Assembly (NCBI GenBank): GCA_963706955.1
Contig: CAVPOC010000006.1
Location: 256,001-320,000, forward strand
Direction of reading: 5' to 3'
Length of the DNA: 64,000 nt
Source: an uncultured Verrucomicrobiae bacterium
GTDB taxonomy: Bacteria > Verrucomicrobiota > Verrucomicrobiia > Chthoniobacterales > Terrimicrobiaceae
Made by a program: the position numbers and the translations under genes. Under the pieces are notes generated by a model. It ran no database searches and was not told the DNA's origin. It saw nothing but the letters and a program-made list of their open reading frames with translations. Positions 32,099 through 42,282 of the stretch are shown here, piece by piece; the stretch's first letter is position 1; each line of letters begins with the position of its first letter.

Positions 32099-33094
32099 TT
32101 ATGTGGAGGCCGAGCTAACCGAGGTCGTTGTTCCGGTGGCATTACGCACTCCGCGGAACTTGAACTTGCGAGTAAAGAGCTGGTCCACCGCAAACGAGCC
32201 TGAGTCGTCGACTGGGACAGTGCCGGTTATCGTGACCTCTCCTCTCCCGTGGAAAGCTGCATAGGGAGAGTTTTGGTCCATGGAACCATTGAAGAATCCA
32301 CTGAGAAACTCGTTGCTTGCCAAGACGAAGGGCGAGGGAGTCGGGACAGGATTAGGAGTTACGGTCGGGGACACCGTTGGTGTCGGGCTCGCCGTCGGCG
32401 AAACCGTCGGTGAGGGAGTTGGACTGATGATCGGAGTTGGACTGATGATCGGAGTTGGACTCGAGATCGGAGTTGGACTGATGATCGGAGTTGGACTGAT
32501 GATCGGAGTTGGACTGATGATCGGAGTTGGACTGATGATCGGAGTCGGACTGATGATCGGAGTTGGACTGATGGTCGGAGTCGGACTGATGATCGGAGTC
32601 GGACTGATAATCGGAGTCGGACTGACAGGCGGAGTTGGCGAAATTGTCGGTGAAGGGCTCGCGGTGGGAGAAACGGTTGGAGTCGGAGTGGATGTGGATG
32701 ATTCAGTGCCCAGGACGTTAAATGCGCCGTTGTCGAGCACGCCGGCCACGCTGCCGACGTTCACATTTGCCTGCACCAAGCCGCGATAGACCTTCCCTTC
32801 GACGAAGAACACGTAGTCGTTATAGGGGTCTGTCAAGAGATTCGGAACCGTGTTGCCGGTCGGGAGCTGTGGACTGCTCGTCTGGACACCATTGGCGTAG
32901 GTGAAGCGGAATACACCGGTAAGGTTCCTTCCGCGGGCCGTGGCTTGATAGAAACCATCCACTCCTGACACCAACGGAGAACCGTTGGTGAAGGGCGGCG
33001 GGCCGGCGCTGGCGTAAACGTGGACAATGCCGGTGAGGAACACCAAGAAGCTGGCAGCAATCTTCATGGAAGGCGTCTTTTTAACCGTCCCCAT
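32099..33094 (-). CDS. Secreted hypothetical protein with internal Pro/Thr/Ser-rich repeat
   Basis: Signal peptide; beta-rich flanks around a (SPTPII)n tract. Confidence 0.75.
   Translation of the reverse strand: MGTVKKTPSMKIAASFLVFLTGIVHVYASAGPPPFTNGSPLVSGVDGFYQATARGRNLTGVFRFTYANGVQTSSPQLPTGNTVPNLLTDPYNDYVFFVEGKVYRGLVQANVNVGSVAGVLDNGAFNVLGTESSTSTPTPTVSPTASPSPTISPTPPVSPTPIISPTPIISPTPTISPTPIISPTPIISPTPIISPTPIISPTPIISPTPISSPTPIISPTPIISPTPSPTVSPTASPTPTVSPTVTPNPVPTPSPFVLASNEFLSGFFNGSMDQNSPYAAFHGRGEVTITGTVPVDDSGSFAVDQLFTRKFKFRGVRNATGTTTSVSSAST
32415..32630. repeat. 18-bp tandem repeat, 11 near-perfect copies plus 1 degenerate
   Basis: Unit GGAGT(T/C)GGACTGATGATC; encodes IISPTP on the minus strand. 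Confidence 0.95.
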
Positions 33095-33274
33095 GATTGC
33101 ATCGCAAGAACTTAATGCGAAGCTCGCGTTTCTGGGAAGTAGGCAGCCCAGTTGTCAATCTAGCCGACTGGTCAAGCCGCCCGTCGGCTGGTCCGCGATG
33201 TAGATGAACAAGGTCAACTCCGAGATATCCGCGAGAGTTGATTGCTCCGGAGCATCGTGCGGGGTCGATACCCA

Positions 33275-33967
33275 CTACCCACTGCTCGCTGACGATCGAG
33301 GCTGCGGTTGATCCGACGAAGCCCGCTTTATCTTGCGGGCGGCCACATCGCAATACAGGTGGTCGGGCAGCGTCAAGTAAGCGAATCCCCAATCGTGTTC
33401 GATGCAAAACTCGTTCACTGCGGGCACGACTCCGTAGGGTTGCATCTCGACGTATGACCACATGGTATAATCGTTGAAGACGAGGAATCCGTCCGGTTTC
33501 ACTTTAGTAAACGCGGCTGCGATATCGCGCTTGACACCCTCATAGGTGTGTTGAGCGTCGACATAGATCCAATCAAAAAACGCGTCAGGAAAGGATTTCA
33601 ACGCCTCTGCAGAATCGGACTCGTGGACCTGCACGCGTCCTTTGAGCGATGGATCTTCACCCATTTCGCGCGCGCGTGGTTCGATGAATTTATCGACGAG
33701 ATGCAATTCCTTTGGATTGGCAACGCGGAGAATTTCCCGGGCGAAATCGCCGTGAAGCGTGCCGATCTCCGCAACGGTTCCGCCATGTGGCAGATGTTCC
33801 AAGAGAACGATTCGGGTCGGCAGCACGATGCAATCTCGAAGGTGATCATTCCGAAGCTGGGGAGCTGGTCGTATCAGACCTCGCCCCCAAGCGGGCTCGT
33901 CGGGAACTTCTTCCAATTGGACGTGCTCGCGAAGTTCCCACGGCACCCAGGAACCGAAAGGTCGCAT
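33275..33967 (-). CDS. Class I SAM-dependent methyltransferase (Methyltransf_24-like)
   Basis: VAEIGTLHGDF, FDWIYVDAQHTYEGVKRD, KVKPDG.LVFNDY, YGVV.AVNEF. Confidence 0.85.
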   Translation of the reverse strand: MRPFGSWVPWELREHVQLEEVPDEPAWGRGLIRPAPQLRNDHLRDCIVLPTRIVLLEHLPHGGTVAEIGTLHGDFAREILRVANPKELHLVDKFIEPRAREMGEDPSLKGRVQVHESDSAEALKSFPDAFFDWIYVDAQHTYEGVKRDIAAAFTKVKPDGFLVFNDYTMWSYVEMQPYGVVPAVNEFCIEHDWGFAYLTLPDHLYCDVAARKIKRASSDQPQPRSSASSG

Positions 33968-34163
33968 GACCCGAAACCACTCGGCACGAAGTCGGGTGAA
34001 TTAAAGCTCACGATCCTGCGACGGCTCGCTCATAAAAGTCTTATCGTAACGGGCTGCGCCGATGCGCTCATGATTGGTTCGAGCGACTGGTATGAGCCTG
34101 TGAGCATTAGAACCATCCTGCTTTTGAGGGGATCCCAGCAAGAACTTCCTCGAATCCCTAAAT

Positions 34164-34198
34164 AAAAAAGCCCTCCTTGATCATTTTCCTGGAGGGCT
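34164..34198 (-). terminator. Intrinsic terminator downstream of the FdhF/YdeP gene
   Basis: Minus strand AGCCCTCC-N14-GGAGGGCT followed by a T run. Confidence 0.65.
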
Positions 34199-34288
34199 CG
34201 TTAGGTTCGAGTCTTCGTTAGTGTCGCGATTAGCTCCTCCCCAGAACTCATCTGGGTTTGGATGATTTCGCACGAGCGACGCTTGCGC

Positions 34289-36685
34289 TTAGTGCGAACC
34301 GCTGGAGGGTGCCGTCTCCTCGAGCAAGCGTCTCATCGCTCGGGTCTCATCCTGGGAGGGGGTCATCGAGATAATCACGGACTTGGAAGCCGGGGTATTG
34401 CTGATCTCGCAAACACTCCCCAGGTGAACCAGCGGGTTGGCTTCCGGAAAGTAGGTGGCCGTGCACCCGCGTGGTATCTCATAGGGAGCGATCTGGAAAT
34501 GCGGGGCGGTCCGCGTTTCGCCCTGGAAGTAGCTGGTGAGATCGACGAATTGACCCTGTTGGAGACCTGCCTCGCGCATGTCATCCGGGTTCATGAAAAT
34601 GACACGCCGACCATTGTAAACACCGCGATAGCGGTCATCGAGACCGTAGATAGTCGTATTGAATTGGTCGTGGCTTCGTATCGTCATCATCCAATATTGG
34701 CCTGGCTCCAACCGTTGGAGCTCGATTCGATGAACGGTGAATTTGGCTTTCCGCTCTTCGTTCGTGAACTCGCGTCTGTCCCGGGCCGGATGTGGTAAAT
34801 GAAAGAACCCTTCGCGAATGCGTTGGTTGAAGTTTTCGAAACCGGGCACGACGCGAGCGATCGACTCGCGAATGTTGCCGTAGTCTCCGATCATTGTGTC
34901 CCAGTCGACCGTCGTCCGGGCGCCGAGCGTTGCTTTCGCGAGGCGGGCGATGATGGTGGGTTCACTTGGCAGCAACTCCGAGGCCGGTTTGGCGTGACCT
35001 TGCGAACGGTTGATGGTGCTCATGCTGTCTTCAATGGTCACGAACTGAGGACCGCCGGCTTGAAGATCAAGCTCAGATCGACCCAGGCAAGGGAGGATGA
35101 GTGCCGTCCGCCCGGTAATCAAATGCGAGCGATTAAGTTTCGTCGAAATGTGCGTGGTCAGCGCGCATGACTGAAGCGCACGCGCGGTAACTTCGGTATC
35201 CGGAGACGCTGAAAGAAAGTTTCCTCCCAAACCCACAAACACTCGAATCCTGCCCTCGGACATAGCGCGGATGGTGTCAACAGTGTCGAGACCAAGCTCG
35301 CGCGGAGGCTCAAAACGAAATTCGCGGCCGAGGGCATCCAGGAAGCGTTGCCCGACGTTTTCGCAAATACCCATGGTCCGGTCACCTTGCACATTGCTAT
35401 GCCCACGGACGGGGCATGCACCCGCGCCAGGACGACCGATGTTTCCCCGCAGAAAGAGAAAGTTCATCACCTCCTCGATGGTTGCCACCGAATTGCGATG
35501 CTGGGTAAGGCCCATCGCCCAGCAACAAATGATTCGATAACTTTGCATGGCAACTTCAGCGGCTGCTCGAATTTGCTGGCGTGTCAATCCGCTGCACTCC
35601 TCAATTTCTGCCCACTTGGTCCGTCGCAGTTCTTCGAGGAATGGCTCAACGCCGACACAATATCGCTCAATGAATAAGCGATCGAAGACAGTTCCTGGAT
35701 TTCGTTCCTCGCGGGCGAGCATTTCAAGCATGATGCCCTTCATCACGGCGATGTCTCCGTTCACACGAACCGGTAGCCACAGATCGGAAATAGTCGTCGA
35801 TTTTCCCAGGAGAGCGGGAATGGCTTTCCATGGATTCGCGAAGTCTTGCGGATTCGTGAATCGCATCAAGCCGACCTCCGGGAGCACGTTAATGCTGACG
35901 ATCTTGCATCCCCGCTGCTTCGCGCGTTGAAGGCTGCTAAGCATGCGTGGGTGGTTCGTTCCCGGATTTTGTCCAATCACGAAAATAGCGTCCGCCTTCG
36001 CAAAGTCTTCGAGACTGACGGACCCTTTGCCCATTCCGGTGACGTGACGCAGCGCGCACCCACTGGCCTGGTGGCACATATTCGAACAATCGGGCAGATT
36101 GTTCGTGCCAAACTGTCGGACGAAGAGCTGATAGAGAAAGGCGGCCTCATTGCTCGTTTTGCCGGAGGTGTAAAAGGCAGCCTCGTCAGGAGAGCGCAGC
36201 TGGTTAAGCGCCGCGGCAACGTGTTGACAGGCGGCATCCCAACCGATGGGCTGATAGTGCGATGCTCCTTCGTGAAGAATCATTGGGGAAGTCAGTCGAC
36301 CCTGCTGCCCCAGCCAATACTCAGACTTAGTTTGCAGCTCTGCGACCGAATACCGCGAAAAGAACTCCGGGGTGACTCGCTTTTTCGTTCCCTCGTAGGC
36401 GACAGCCTTGGCCCCATTTTCGCAAAATTCGGCGAAGCTTCGTTCACGATCGGGGCTTGGCCACGCGCAGCTTTGACAATTGAAGCCCTCCTTCTGGTTG
36501 ATCTTCCGCAAGGCTTGAATCGCAGCACCAGGTCCCATCTGACCGAAAGTATGCTGCAACGCCTTGAAGACCCCGATGAGGCCCGCGGATCCTTTGCTCG
36601 GCGGTCGAACCAGGGCTTTCTGCGCTTCAATCGGTGGCTGTGCACCGCTCGGTGAGCTTGCCGTCGTGGAGATTGTCACGCTCAT
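34289..36685 (-). CDS. FdhF/YdeP-family molybdopterin oxidoreductase
   Basis: GFNCQSCAWP, EFCENGAKAVA, NNLPDCSNMCH, PVRGHSNVQGDRTMGI, TIRSHDQFNTTIYGLDDRYRGV. Confidence 0.93.
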   Translation of the reverse strand: MSVTISTTASSPSGAQPPIEAQKALVRPPSKGSAGLIGVFKALQHTFGQMGPGAAIQALRKINQKEGFNCQSCAWPSPDRERSFAEFCENGAKAVAYEGTKKRVTPEFFSRYSVAELQTKSEYWLGQQGRLTSPMILHEGASHYQPIGWDAACQHVAAALNQLRSPDEAAFYTSGKTSNEAAFLYQLFVRQFGTNNLPDCSNMCHQASGCALRHVTGMGKGSVSLEDFAKADAIFVIGQNPGTNHPRMLSSLQRAKQRGCKIVSINVLPEVGLMRFTNPQDFANPWKAIPALLGKSTTISDLWLPVRVNGDIAVMKGIMLEMLAREERNPGTVFDRLFIERYCVGVEPFLEELRRTKWAEIEECSGLTRQQIRAAAEVAMQSYRIICCWAMGLTQHRNSVATIEEVMNFLFLRGNIGRPGAGACPVRGHSNVQGDRTMGICENVGQRFLDALGREFRFEPPRELGLDTVDTIRAMSEGRIRVFVGLGGNFLSASPDTEVTARALQSCALTTHISTKLNRSHLITGRTALILPCLGRSELDLQAGGPQFVTIEDSMSTINRSQGHAKPASELLPSEPTIIARLAKATLGARTTVDWDTMIGDYGNIRESIARVVPGFENFNQRIREGFFHLPHPARDRREFTNEERKAKFTVHRIELQRLEPGQYWMMTIRSHDQFNTTIYGLDDRYRGVYNGRRVIFMNPDDMREAGLQQGQFVDLTSYFQGETRTAPHFQIAPYEIPRGCTATYFPEANPLVHLGSVCEISNTPASKSVIISMTPSQDETRAMRRLLEETAPSSGSH

Positions 36686-37554
36686 GCCACGCCCGTAGCT
36701 TCGGAATTCTCGAATGTCCGATCGACTCGATACCTCGCCGAGTAAATATTAAATCGCCGGTCACGGACAAAGCCCAGCAGTGTCAGACCGCACGCTTCGG
36801 CCAGCTCGATGGCCAGACTTGATGGAGCTCCAACTGCGGCAAAGATCGGTATTCCGGCTCGCGCAGCCTTTTGGACGAGCTCAAAGCTCGCGCGTCCGCT
36901 CACGAAGAGAATTCTGTTCTCGAGCGGGACACGGCCATTGAGCCACTCGGCGCCAAGCAGCTTGTCGACCGCGTTATGCCGCCCGACATCCTCTCGTACC
37001 ATCAGGAGATTACCCTCTATATCGAAGAGTGCGGCGGCATGCAGCCCACCGGTGTCGGCAAAGACTTGCTGCGCACTTTTCAGCCGAGTCGGCAACAGAT
37101 GGACAATTGAGCCTGAGATACGCAAAGAGCTGTTTGCGCAGGGACCAGTAAGCATCAGTTTCTGCACGGCTTCCAGTGACGCCTTTCCGCAGATTCCACA
37201 GCTCGACGTCGTGTAGAAGTGCCGCTCGAGCTGCTTGAGATCGACTCGCACACCCGCTGCGAGATGGATGCGGACCGAATTCGCAGAGTTGCCTTCGCTG
37301 CGTTCGATTCTGGCTATTTCCGATCGGCGATTCAAAAGTCCTTCTCCAAAGAGAAATCCGACTGCCAGCTCCTCGTCATTACCCGGGGTTCGCATCGTCA
37401 CAGAGATCGAGCGGATCGTTCCAATACCCTTTCGCTCAAATCCAATTTGGATTTCCAAGGGCTCCTCGACGGCGACCTTGTCCCGACCTGTCGCGGCAAT
37501 GTCGTCCGCTACGCGGCAGACCTCAATGCAAGAGGTGTTGGGGGCACTTGGCAT
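36682..37554 (-). CDS. fdhD: Formate dehydrogenase accessory sulfurtransferase
   Basis: VEEPLEI, TMRTPG, SSCGICGK, TGGLHAA, REDVGRHNAVDKL; start placed at MPSAP. Confidence 0.95.
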   Translation of the reverse strand: MPSAPNTSCIEVCRVADDIAATGRDKVAVEEPLEIQIGFERKGIGTIRSISVTMRTPGNDEELAVGFLFGEGLLNRRSEIARIERSEGNSANSVRIHLAAGVRVDLKQLERHFYTTSSCGICGKASLEAVQKLMLTGPCANSSLRISGSIVHLLPTRLKSAQQVFADTGGLHAAALFDIEGNLLMVREDVGRHNAVDKLLGAEWLNGRVPLENRILFVSGRASFELVQKAARAGIPIFAAVGAPSSLAIELAEACGLTLLGFVRDRRFNIYSARYRVDRTFENSEATGVA

Positions 37555-37765
37555 CTGCGATCTCCTCTGGTGAATACATACCACATCATCGAGATCGACA
37601 AGTGGCCTTTCACGCAGAAGCCTATCCGCAAAGTGGGCGACGATTGGTCTCTTGCCAGCGGTAGGCCTGAATGGAGAGTGAAGATACTTGAATAGTCCGC
37701 CCGGCGTGAAGACCATTGCAAAAGATGGGAACATCCGCGGAATTTCCGAACGGTAGCGGTTTAAA

Positions 37766-38959
37766 ATGACGCATAACGCGCAGACCGGCGCGGAAGAGGG
37801 GAGACGATCCCCCTCTTCACTCTTGTATGCCATCAATACAAAAATTGGCGCACATGGTTTGGGGGTTCCCGCGCTCGAAACTCTCAAGCTCTCGTTCTCT
37901 CACGGGTTTTTAGGTAAAGCAGTCTGTTGGGGCAACCTGAGCGAAGCGATTCCGAATGAGTTGATCCGCTCCCTGCACTCGCACCCGACGCGGCTGCTTT
38001 CCTGGACGGACCGTAAATACTACACTCCCCTCAAACGTCGGACGATTGCTCACATCGCAACGCAGGAGCTCGCGACGGGGCGTTATGATTGCTATCACGG
38101 CTGGTCGGGGGAAAGCCTCGGAGCCCTTCGTGAGGCTAAAAAGCGCGGCTTGCCCACATTGCTTGACATACCGACGTGTCACCGTGACAAGGGCAAGAAG
38201 AAGCCCCGCGTCACCAAGCGAGAGCGAGACCTCCGGACTGCGCCGATCCCTCAACGTTGGTTGAACCGCATCCTGATCATGCGGAGCGAGGTCCTCGACG
38301 AATACGATCTCGCCGACCTGATTCTCGTCTTCTCGCAGGCCGCCAAGGAGACGTTCTTAAATGTCGGTTTCGACGAAAGCAGGCTGTTTTACGTCGCGCA
38401 AGGCGTCAACGTGGACGAATACCCGCTGGGAAGTCCTCCTGATCATTTTCGACTTATTTTCGTTGGATCTCTCATCAAACGAAAAGGCGTCCATCACCTG
38501 CTCAAAGTTTGGAAGGCTCTAAACCTCAAGAACGCCGAGCTCGTGATCGTTGGCGCTCTGACCTCGGAATTGGAGCCCTACGTGAAGGAATTTAACAGCC
38601 CAACTGTCAAACTCACGGGCTTTGTGGAGAACGTCGCCGCTGAGCTCGGCAAATCGACAGCGTTTGTCTTCCCCTCGGAATCGGAGGGAAGTGCCAAGGT
38701 TAATTACGAAGCAGCCGCCTGCGGACTTGCGCAGATTACCACGCGCGAGTCAGGCGATGTCGTCCTGGACGGCTACAATGGAAGGATCATTCCCCCGAAC
38801 GACCCTGACGCTCTCGCCGAGGCAATCCTGGACTTTTATAATAATCCGGAAAGGCTTCGGCTGATGGGAGTAAACGGTCGCCAGCGAGTCAGGGAAAACT
38901 TTACCTGGGAACACTATCGACACAGGCTCGCGGAAGCTTACCGGCTCGTCATGCGCTAG
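37766..38959 (+). CDS. Glycosyltransferase family 4
   Basis: FVGSLIKRKG, FVFPSESEG....EAAACG GT-B motif. Confidence 0.9.
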   Translation: MTHNAQTGAEEGRRSPSSLLYAINTKIGAHGLGVPALETLKLSFSHGFLGKAVCWGNLSEAIPNELIRSLHSHPTRLLSWTDRKYYTPLKRRTIAHIATQELATGRYDCYHGWSGESLGALREAKKRGLPTLLDIPTCHRDKGKKKPRVTKRERDLRTAPIPQRWLNRILIMRSEVLDEYDLADLILVFSQAAKETFLNVGFDESRLFYVAQGVNVDEYPLGSPPDHFRLIFVGSLIKRKGVHHLLKVWKALNLKNAELVIVGALTSELEPYVKEFNSPTVKLTGFVENVAAELGKSTAFVFPSESEGSAKVNYEAAACGLAQITTRESGDVVLDGYNGRIIPPNDPDALAEAILDFYNNPERLRLMGVNGRQRVRENFTWEHYRHRLAEAYRLVMR

Positions 38960-38968
38960 GTGGTTCCC

Positions 38969-39847
38969 CTAGTAACAACGAGACACCTGTCCCGAAGCGG
39001 TAATCTGCTTTAGCAACGCGCCGTACTCCTCGGTTTCGTTTCGCAGCAGCTCGCCCAAAAGCTTGCCAATTGCCGGCGGAATTGCCGCTGGGGGAGCCGG
39101 ATTGATTCGATGTCGCAAAAAGCGACCAAAATAGTGTTTCCCGGAAGTGACGCCGAGAAAGCCATGAAGAGCGGCCAGGAGACGTTCAGGTTCGGAAGCA
39201 ATGCTGTCGAACACCCCGACGAAAAGATGGCCCGGCTGCAACTGGCTGCGCCAGTTTTCGATCAAGTTGCGATACAACGCCAGTCCGCGCTGGTCATCTT
39301 TAAAGAGCAGCCGCGCGAGGGCGTCGGAATCGAGAACATCAGCCGGCTGTTCTGCTGTCAGCAAGTCCTTTCGGGCGTGCGACCACGCTCGGTCGATGGG
39401 ATCTCGGATCATCAGAATGGCTTTGATCTCGGGATTGAGCGTGGCGATCTCCCGAATGATCTCCTTTGACAAAGCCGCGTAGGAAGCGGTGGCTTCACCG
39501 CGGAGGCGTGGATGATAGAGGCGCCCCACCTTGCGAAGGCTGTCGTAGTTCTTTTTCAACGTACTCCTGGGTGTGTCCGCCATCGCCTCAAGGTAATCCT
39601 CGAGGTATGGAAAACGAAAACGCCGATGATCGGGCATCCCCAATGTGCTGAAGTAGTAAAGCTCCTTTTCTTTGGGCAAGAAGATTTCCGGATGGCTCTT
39701 TAGGTTGTGAAACAGCCACGTTGTCCCCGTCCGTTGTGGTCCGACAATCAGGAAGTCGGGAAAGTTGCGCAGAGGGGCGTCAGAGTGGGCGACGCGCACG
39801 GAACTAAGCTTTGCCCGAAGATTGTCCGTTAAGACGCGCGGCTTCAC
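38969..39847 (-). CDS. PAPS-dependent sulfotransferase
   Basis: PDFLIVGPQRTGTTWL (5'-PSB), KELYYF, RDPIDRAWS (3'-PB). Confidence 0.9.
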   Translation of the reverse strand: MKPRVLTDNLRAKLSSVRVAHSDAPLRNFPDFLIVGPQRTGTTWLFHNLKSHPEIFLPKEKELYYFSTLGMPDHRRFRFPYLEDYLEAMADTPRSTLKKNYDSLRKVGRLYHPRLRGEATASYAALSKEIIREIATLNPEIKAILMIRDPIDRAWSHARKDLLTAEQPADVLDSDALARLLFKDDQRGLALYRNLIENWRSQLQPGHLFVGVFDSIASEPERLLAALHGFLGVTSGKHYFGRFLRHRINPAPPAAIPPAIGKLLGELLRNETEEYGALLKQITASGQVSRCY

Positions 39848-41115
39848 TGGCGTCTGCAGCCGGCTGCGACACCAGCCTGTTCTTGGGTTGTCACCAGTTG
39901 GCCATAGATCTCCAAGTATCGGTCCAACACCCTCGGCCAGTCGAAGCGGGCTGCTCGCTGAGATGACCGCACCGAAAGTTCTCTTCTTGTTTGCGCATCC
40001 TCTATGACCGTAGCCATCGCTTGCGCGAGCCTCGCGGGATCACGCGGCGGAACGATCAGACCAGAATTTTCCTCTCGGACAAAGTCCGCGCATCCGGGCG
40101 AATCGGTCACGATCACGGGAAGTGCGGCCGCCATCGCCTCCAAGAGGGCTGAGCTGAAGCCTTCCAGCAGGGAGCTCATAACGAAAGCATCGGCTGCACG
40201 ATAAAGATCGATCATTGCAGTCGTTGGCAGCTCGAACGTGAAAGCATTCAGCGCCGGCGATTGCGCCACCCCAATCTCAGCCAAGCGAACTATATCCTGC
40301 AGTCCGCGACGATTCACTTCCGGCTCAAGCTTGTGGACATCACGCCCTGCGACCACAAGCTGGAACGGTAGGTTTTCAACTCGGCGCAATTGGAGAATTG
40401 CTTCGAGCATTGTCGGGTAGTCTTTCTGTGGATGGTTCCGACCGACGGCGAGAAAAACAAAGCCGTTCCGAGCCAAGCCGTAGCGCGCTCGCGTTTCTTC
40501 ACGATTCGTCGACTCCTGAAAACGGGCAAGATTGACAGCATTGGGGATGATCGTCAGCCTCTCGGCAGGCACTCCGATTCTTAGATACTCGAGCCGCATC
40601 GTTTCTGAGAGCGCGATCATCATGCGAACTTGAGGGATCGTGCCTCGGATCAGCTTTTCCACTTTGGAATCTCTTCGCAAACCCACGTCGTCGCCCGAGA
40701 CGAGGACATCATCTCCCACGCTTCGGACAAGGTAGGGAGTGGACTTGCCTTTCGAGGCTGCGTGCTCTTGCCAATTTATTAGACAAACTCCGGTTGGATA
40801 AGTAACAACGCCGTGCCAGAGGTCGAATCGATGCCGCCTCTGGAGCCGAGCCAGTGCCAGCCGGTTAATGAATAGCGCGAGGCCTGGGGAGCGCTTGAAA
40901 TAACTCCAGGTATTCGCAGGATAGGGAATCAGATCGTAGTTGAGTTTGGCGGAAAACCCAGCCAGGTCACTGAGGTAGCGCCTAGGCAAAACAACGGCAA
41001 CATGGTGTCCGGCTTCGACCAGCCCCGATGCCAGATTGTGGTGGAAGATTTCGGCTCCGGAGCACTTCGGAAGGAACGAGGGCGTAAAGATGGCGATCCG
41101 AAAATGTTTAACCAT
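39844..41115 (-). CDS. Glycosyltransferase family 4
   Basis: IIPNAV, VGRNHPQKD, SLLEGFSSALLEAMA. Confidence 0.9.
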   Translation of the reverse strand: MVKHFRIAIFTPSFLPKCSGAEIFHHNLASGLVEAGHHVAVVLPRRYLSDLAGFSAKLNYDLIPYPANTWSYFKRSPGLALFINRLALARLQRRHRFDLWHGVVTYPTGVCLINWQEHAASKGKSTPYLVRSVGDDVLVSGDDVGLRRDSKVEKLIRGTIPQVRMMIALSETMRLEYLRIGVPAERLTIIPNAVNLARFQESTNREETRARYGLARNGFVFLAVGRNHPQKDYPTMLEAILQLRRVENLPFQLVVAGRDVHKLEPEVNRRGLQDIVRLAEIGVAQSPALNAFTFELPTTAMIDLYRAADAFVMSSLLEGFSSALLEAMAAALPVIVTDSPGCADFVREENSGLIVPPRDPARLAQAMATVIEDAQTRRELSVRSSQRAARFDWPRVLDRYLEIYGQLVTTQEQAGVAAGCRRQ

Positions 41116-42218
41116 TAAGCTTCCGAAGTGATTTGCGTGTAAACTCGAGCGAGCTCCTGGGCGATGCGGGGAGCCGTCGGCAACTCCTCCACGAGTCCAT
41201 TCTGAGACGCGAGCAGTTCCTTTCTGAATGCATCGTCACGAATGCCTCGTCCTAAGAGAAAGCGGTATTCTTCGGGCGAGCTTGGAGTAAATAAACCGGG
41301 ATGCCTATCGCCGAGCACGGCTTCGTTCCCCTCAATGCGACTGGCGATGATCGGAATTCGACAGGCGATCGCTTGGAGCAGGGCGAGCGGCTTTCCCTCG
41401 GAATATGAGGGATGGACAACAAGATCAAGCGCCTGCAGCCACGGTGCGACTGGACGTTTGTTGCCTGGCATATGAACGATCTCTTCGAGCTTCAAATTTC
41501 GGCATAGCGATTCAAGAAAGGCTCTCTCTTTCCCCTCTCCAAAAAAGTAAGCCTCAAAGGAAAGTCCCTCGTCCCGGAGCCTTCGGAGAACCTGGAGCGT
41601 GGCGGCGTGGTTCTTAACAGCATTCAACGAGGCGATCGAGCCGATGATGAATGCGTCTGGATTTATTCCCAACTGGCTTCTCAATCCTGCTCGGTCGCCG
41701 ATCGGGAAAAACTCCGCCGGATCAATCACATTAGGAATTACTGCGGTTCGGTTCGCCGGAAGATGAAAGGTAGCAATCATATCCCGCTCCGTTTTCTCCG
41801 AGAGGGCAACCACACGATGAGCGTAATGCACCAGCCAGCGCATGATCAGCATGCGATGGGGCTTCAAGCGTTCGAAGGTCTTTTGTTGGTGAAGAATACA
41901 CCCGACGCCGGCGAGGCGGGCCGCCGGGATCGCGTAGGTGTGGCTGTTGTAGGTCTGGGAATGCACCAGCCGAATGCGTTGGCTTCGAAACCAGCGAGCG
42001 AGCCGAACCGTGCCGACCGCATTCCAGCGCTTGCCCGACGCCACCGGGAGAAGGTGCACCTCGCGACCGGCACCACGCAATTCTTTGCCGAGCACTCCGA
42101 GGTCTCTCAGGCAAAGAAAAACCGGATGGAAAGGTGCTGGAAGGTAGCGGGAAACAACCGCAGCGAAATCCTCGGCTCCGCCAACCGGCATGCTGATGAA
42201 ACTAAAAGCTACCCTCAA
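41115..42218 (-). CDS. Glycosyltransferase family 4 (start uncertain)
   Basis: PVGGAE, VIPNVID, LNAVKNH, HPSYSEG.PLALLQA. Confidence 0.88.
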   Translation of the reverse strand: MRVAFSFISMPVGGAEDFAAVVSRYLPAPFHPVFLCLRDLGVLGKELRGAGREVHLLPVASGKRWNAVGTVRLARWFRSQRIRLVHSQTYNSHTYAIPAARLAGVGCILHQQKTFERLKPHRMLIMRWLVHYAHRVVALSEKTERDMIATFHLPANRTAVIPNVIDPAEFFPIGDRAGLRSQLGINPDAFIIGSIASLNAVKNHAATLQVLRRLRDEGLSFEAYFFGEGKERAFLESLCRNLKLEEIVHMPGNKRPVAPWLQALDLVVHPSYSEGKPLALLQAIACRIPIIASRIEGNEAVLGDRHPGLFTPSSPEEYRFLLGRGIRDDAFRKELLASQNGLVEELPTAPRIAQELARVYTQITSEA

Positions 42219-42282
42219 TTTCCAAACGCCAAGAAGAAACGGGTCAAGAGTGGATCGATTAAATTCCGAGAGACGAGCACTC

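Noticed and set aside
32415..32630. Possible CRISPR array
   Set aside because: Head-to-tail 18-bp units with no spacers, in frame within a CDS, and no cas genes
32280..32789. Plus-strand ORF with GVGLMI repeats
   Set aside because: Antisense shadow of the Pro/Thr repeat gene, which has the signal peptide and plausible flanks
31533..33967. tRNA-Gly as integration site of an island
   Set aside because: No integrase and no duplicated tRNA 3' end found in the window
37555..37760. Moco riboswitch upstream of fdhD
   Set aside because: No CTCCGAG...GGAAAC...GCCTCC pattern on the minus strand
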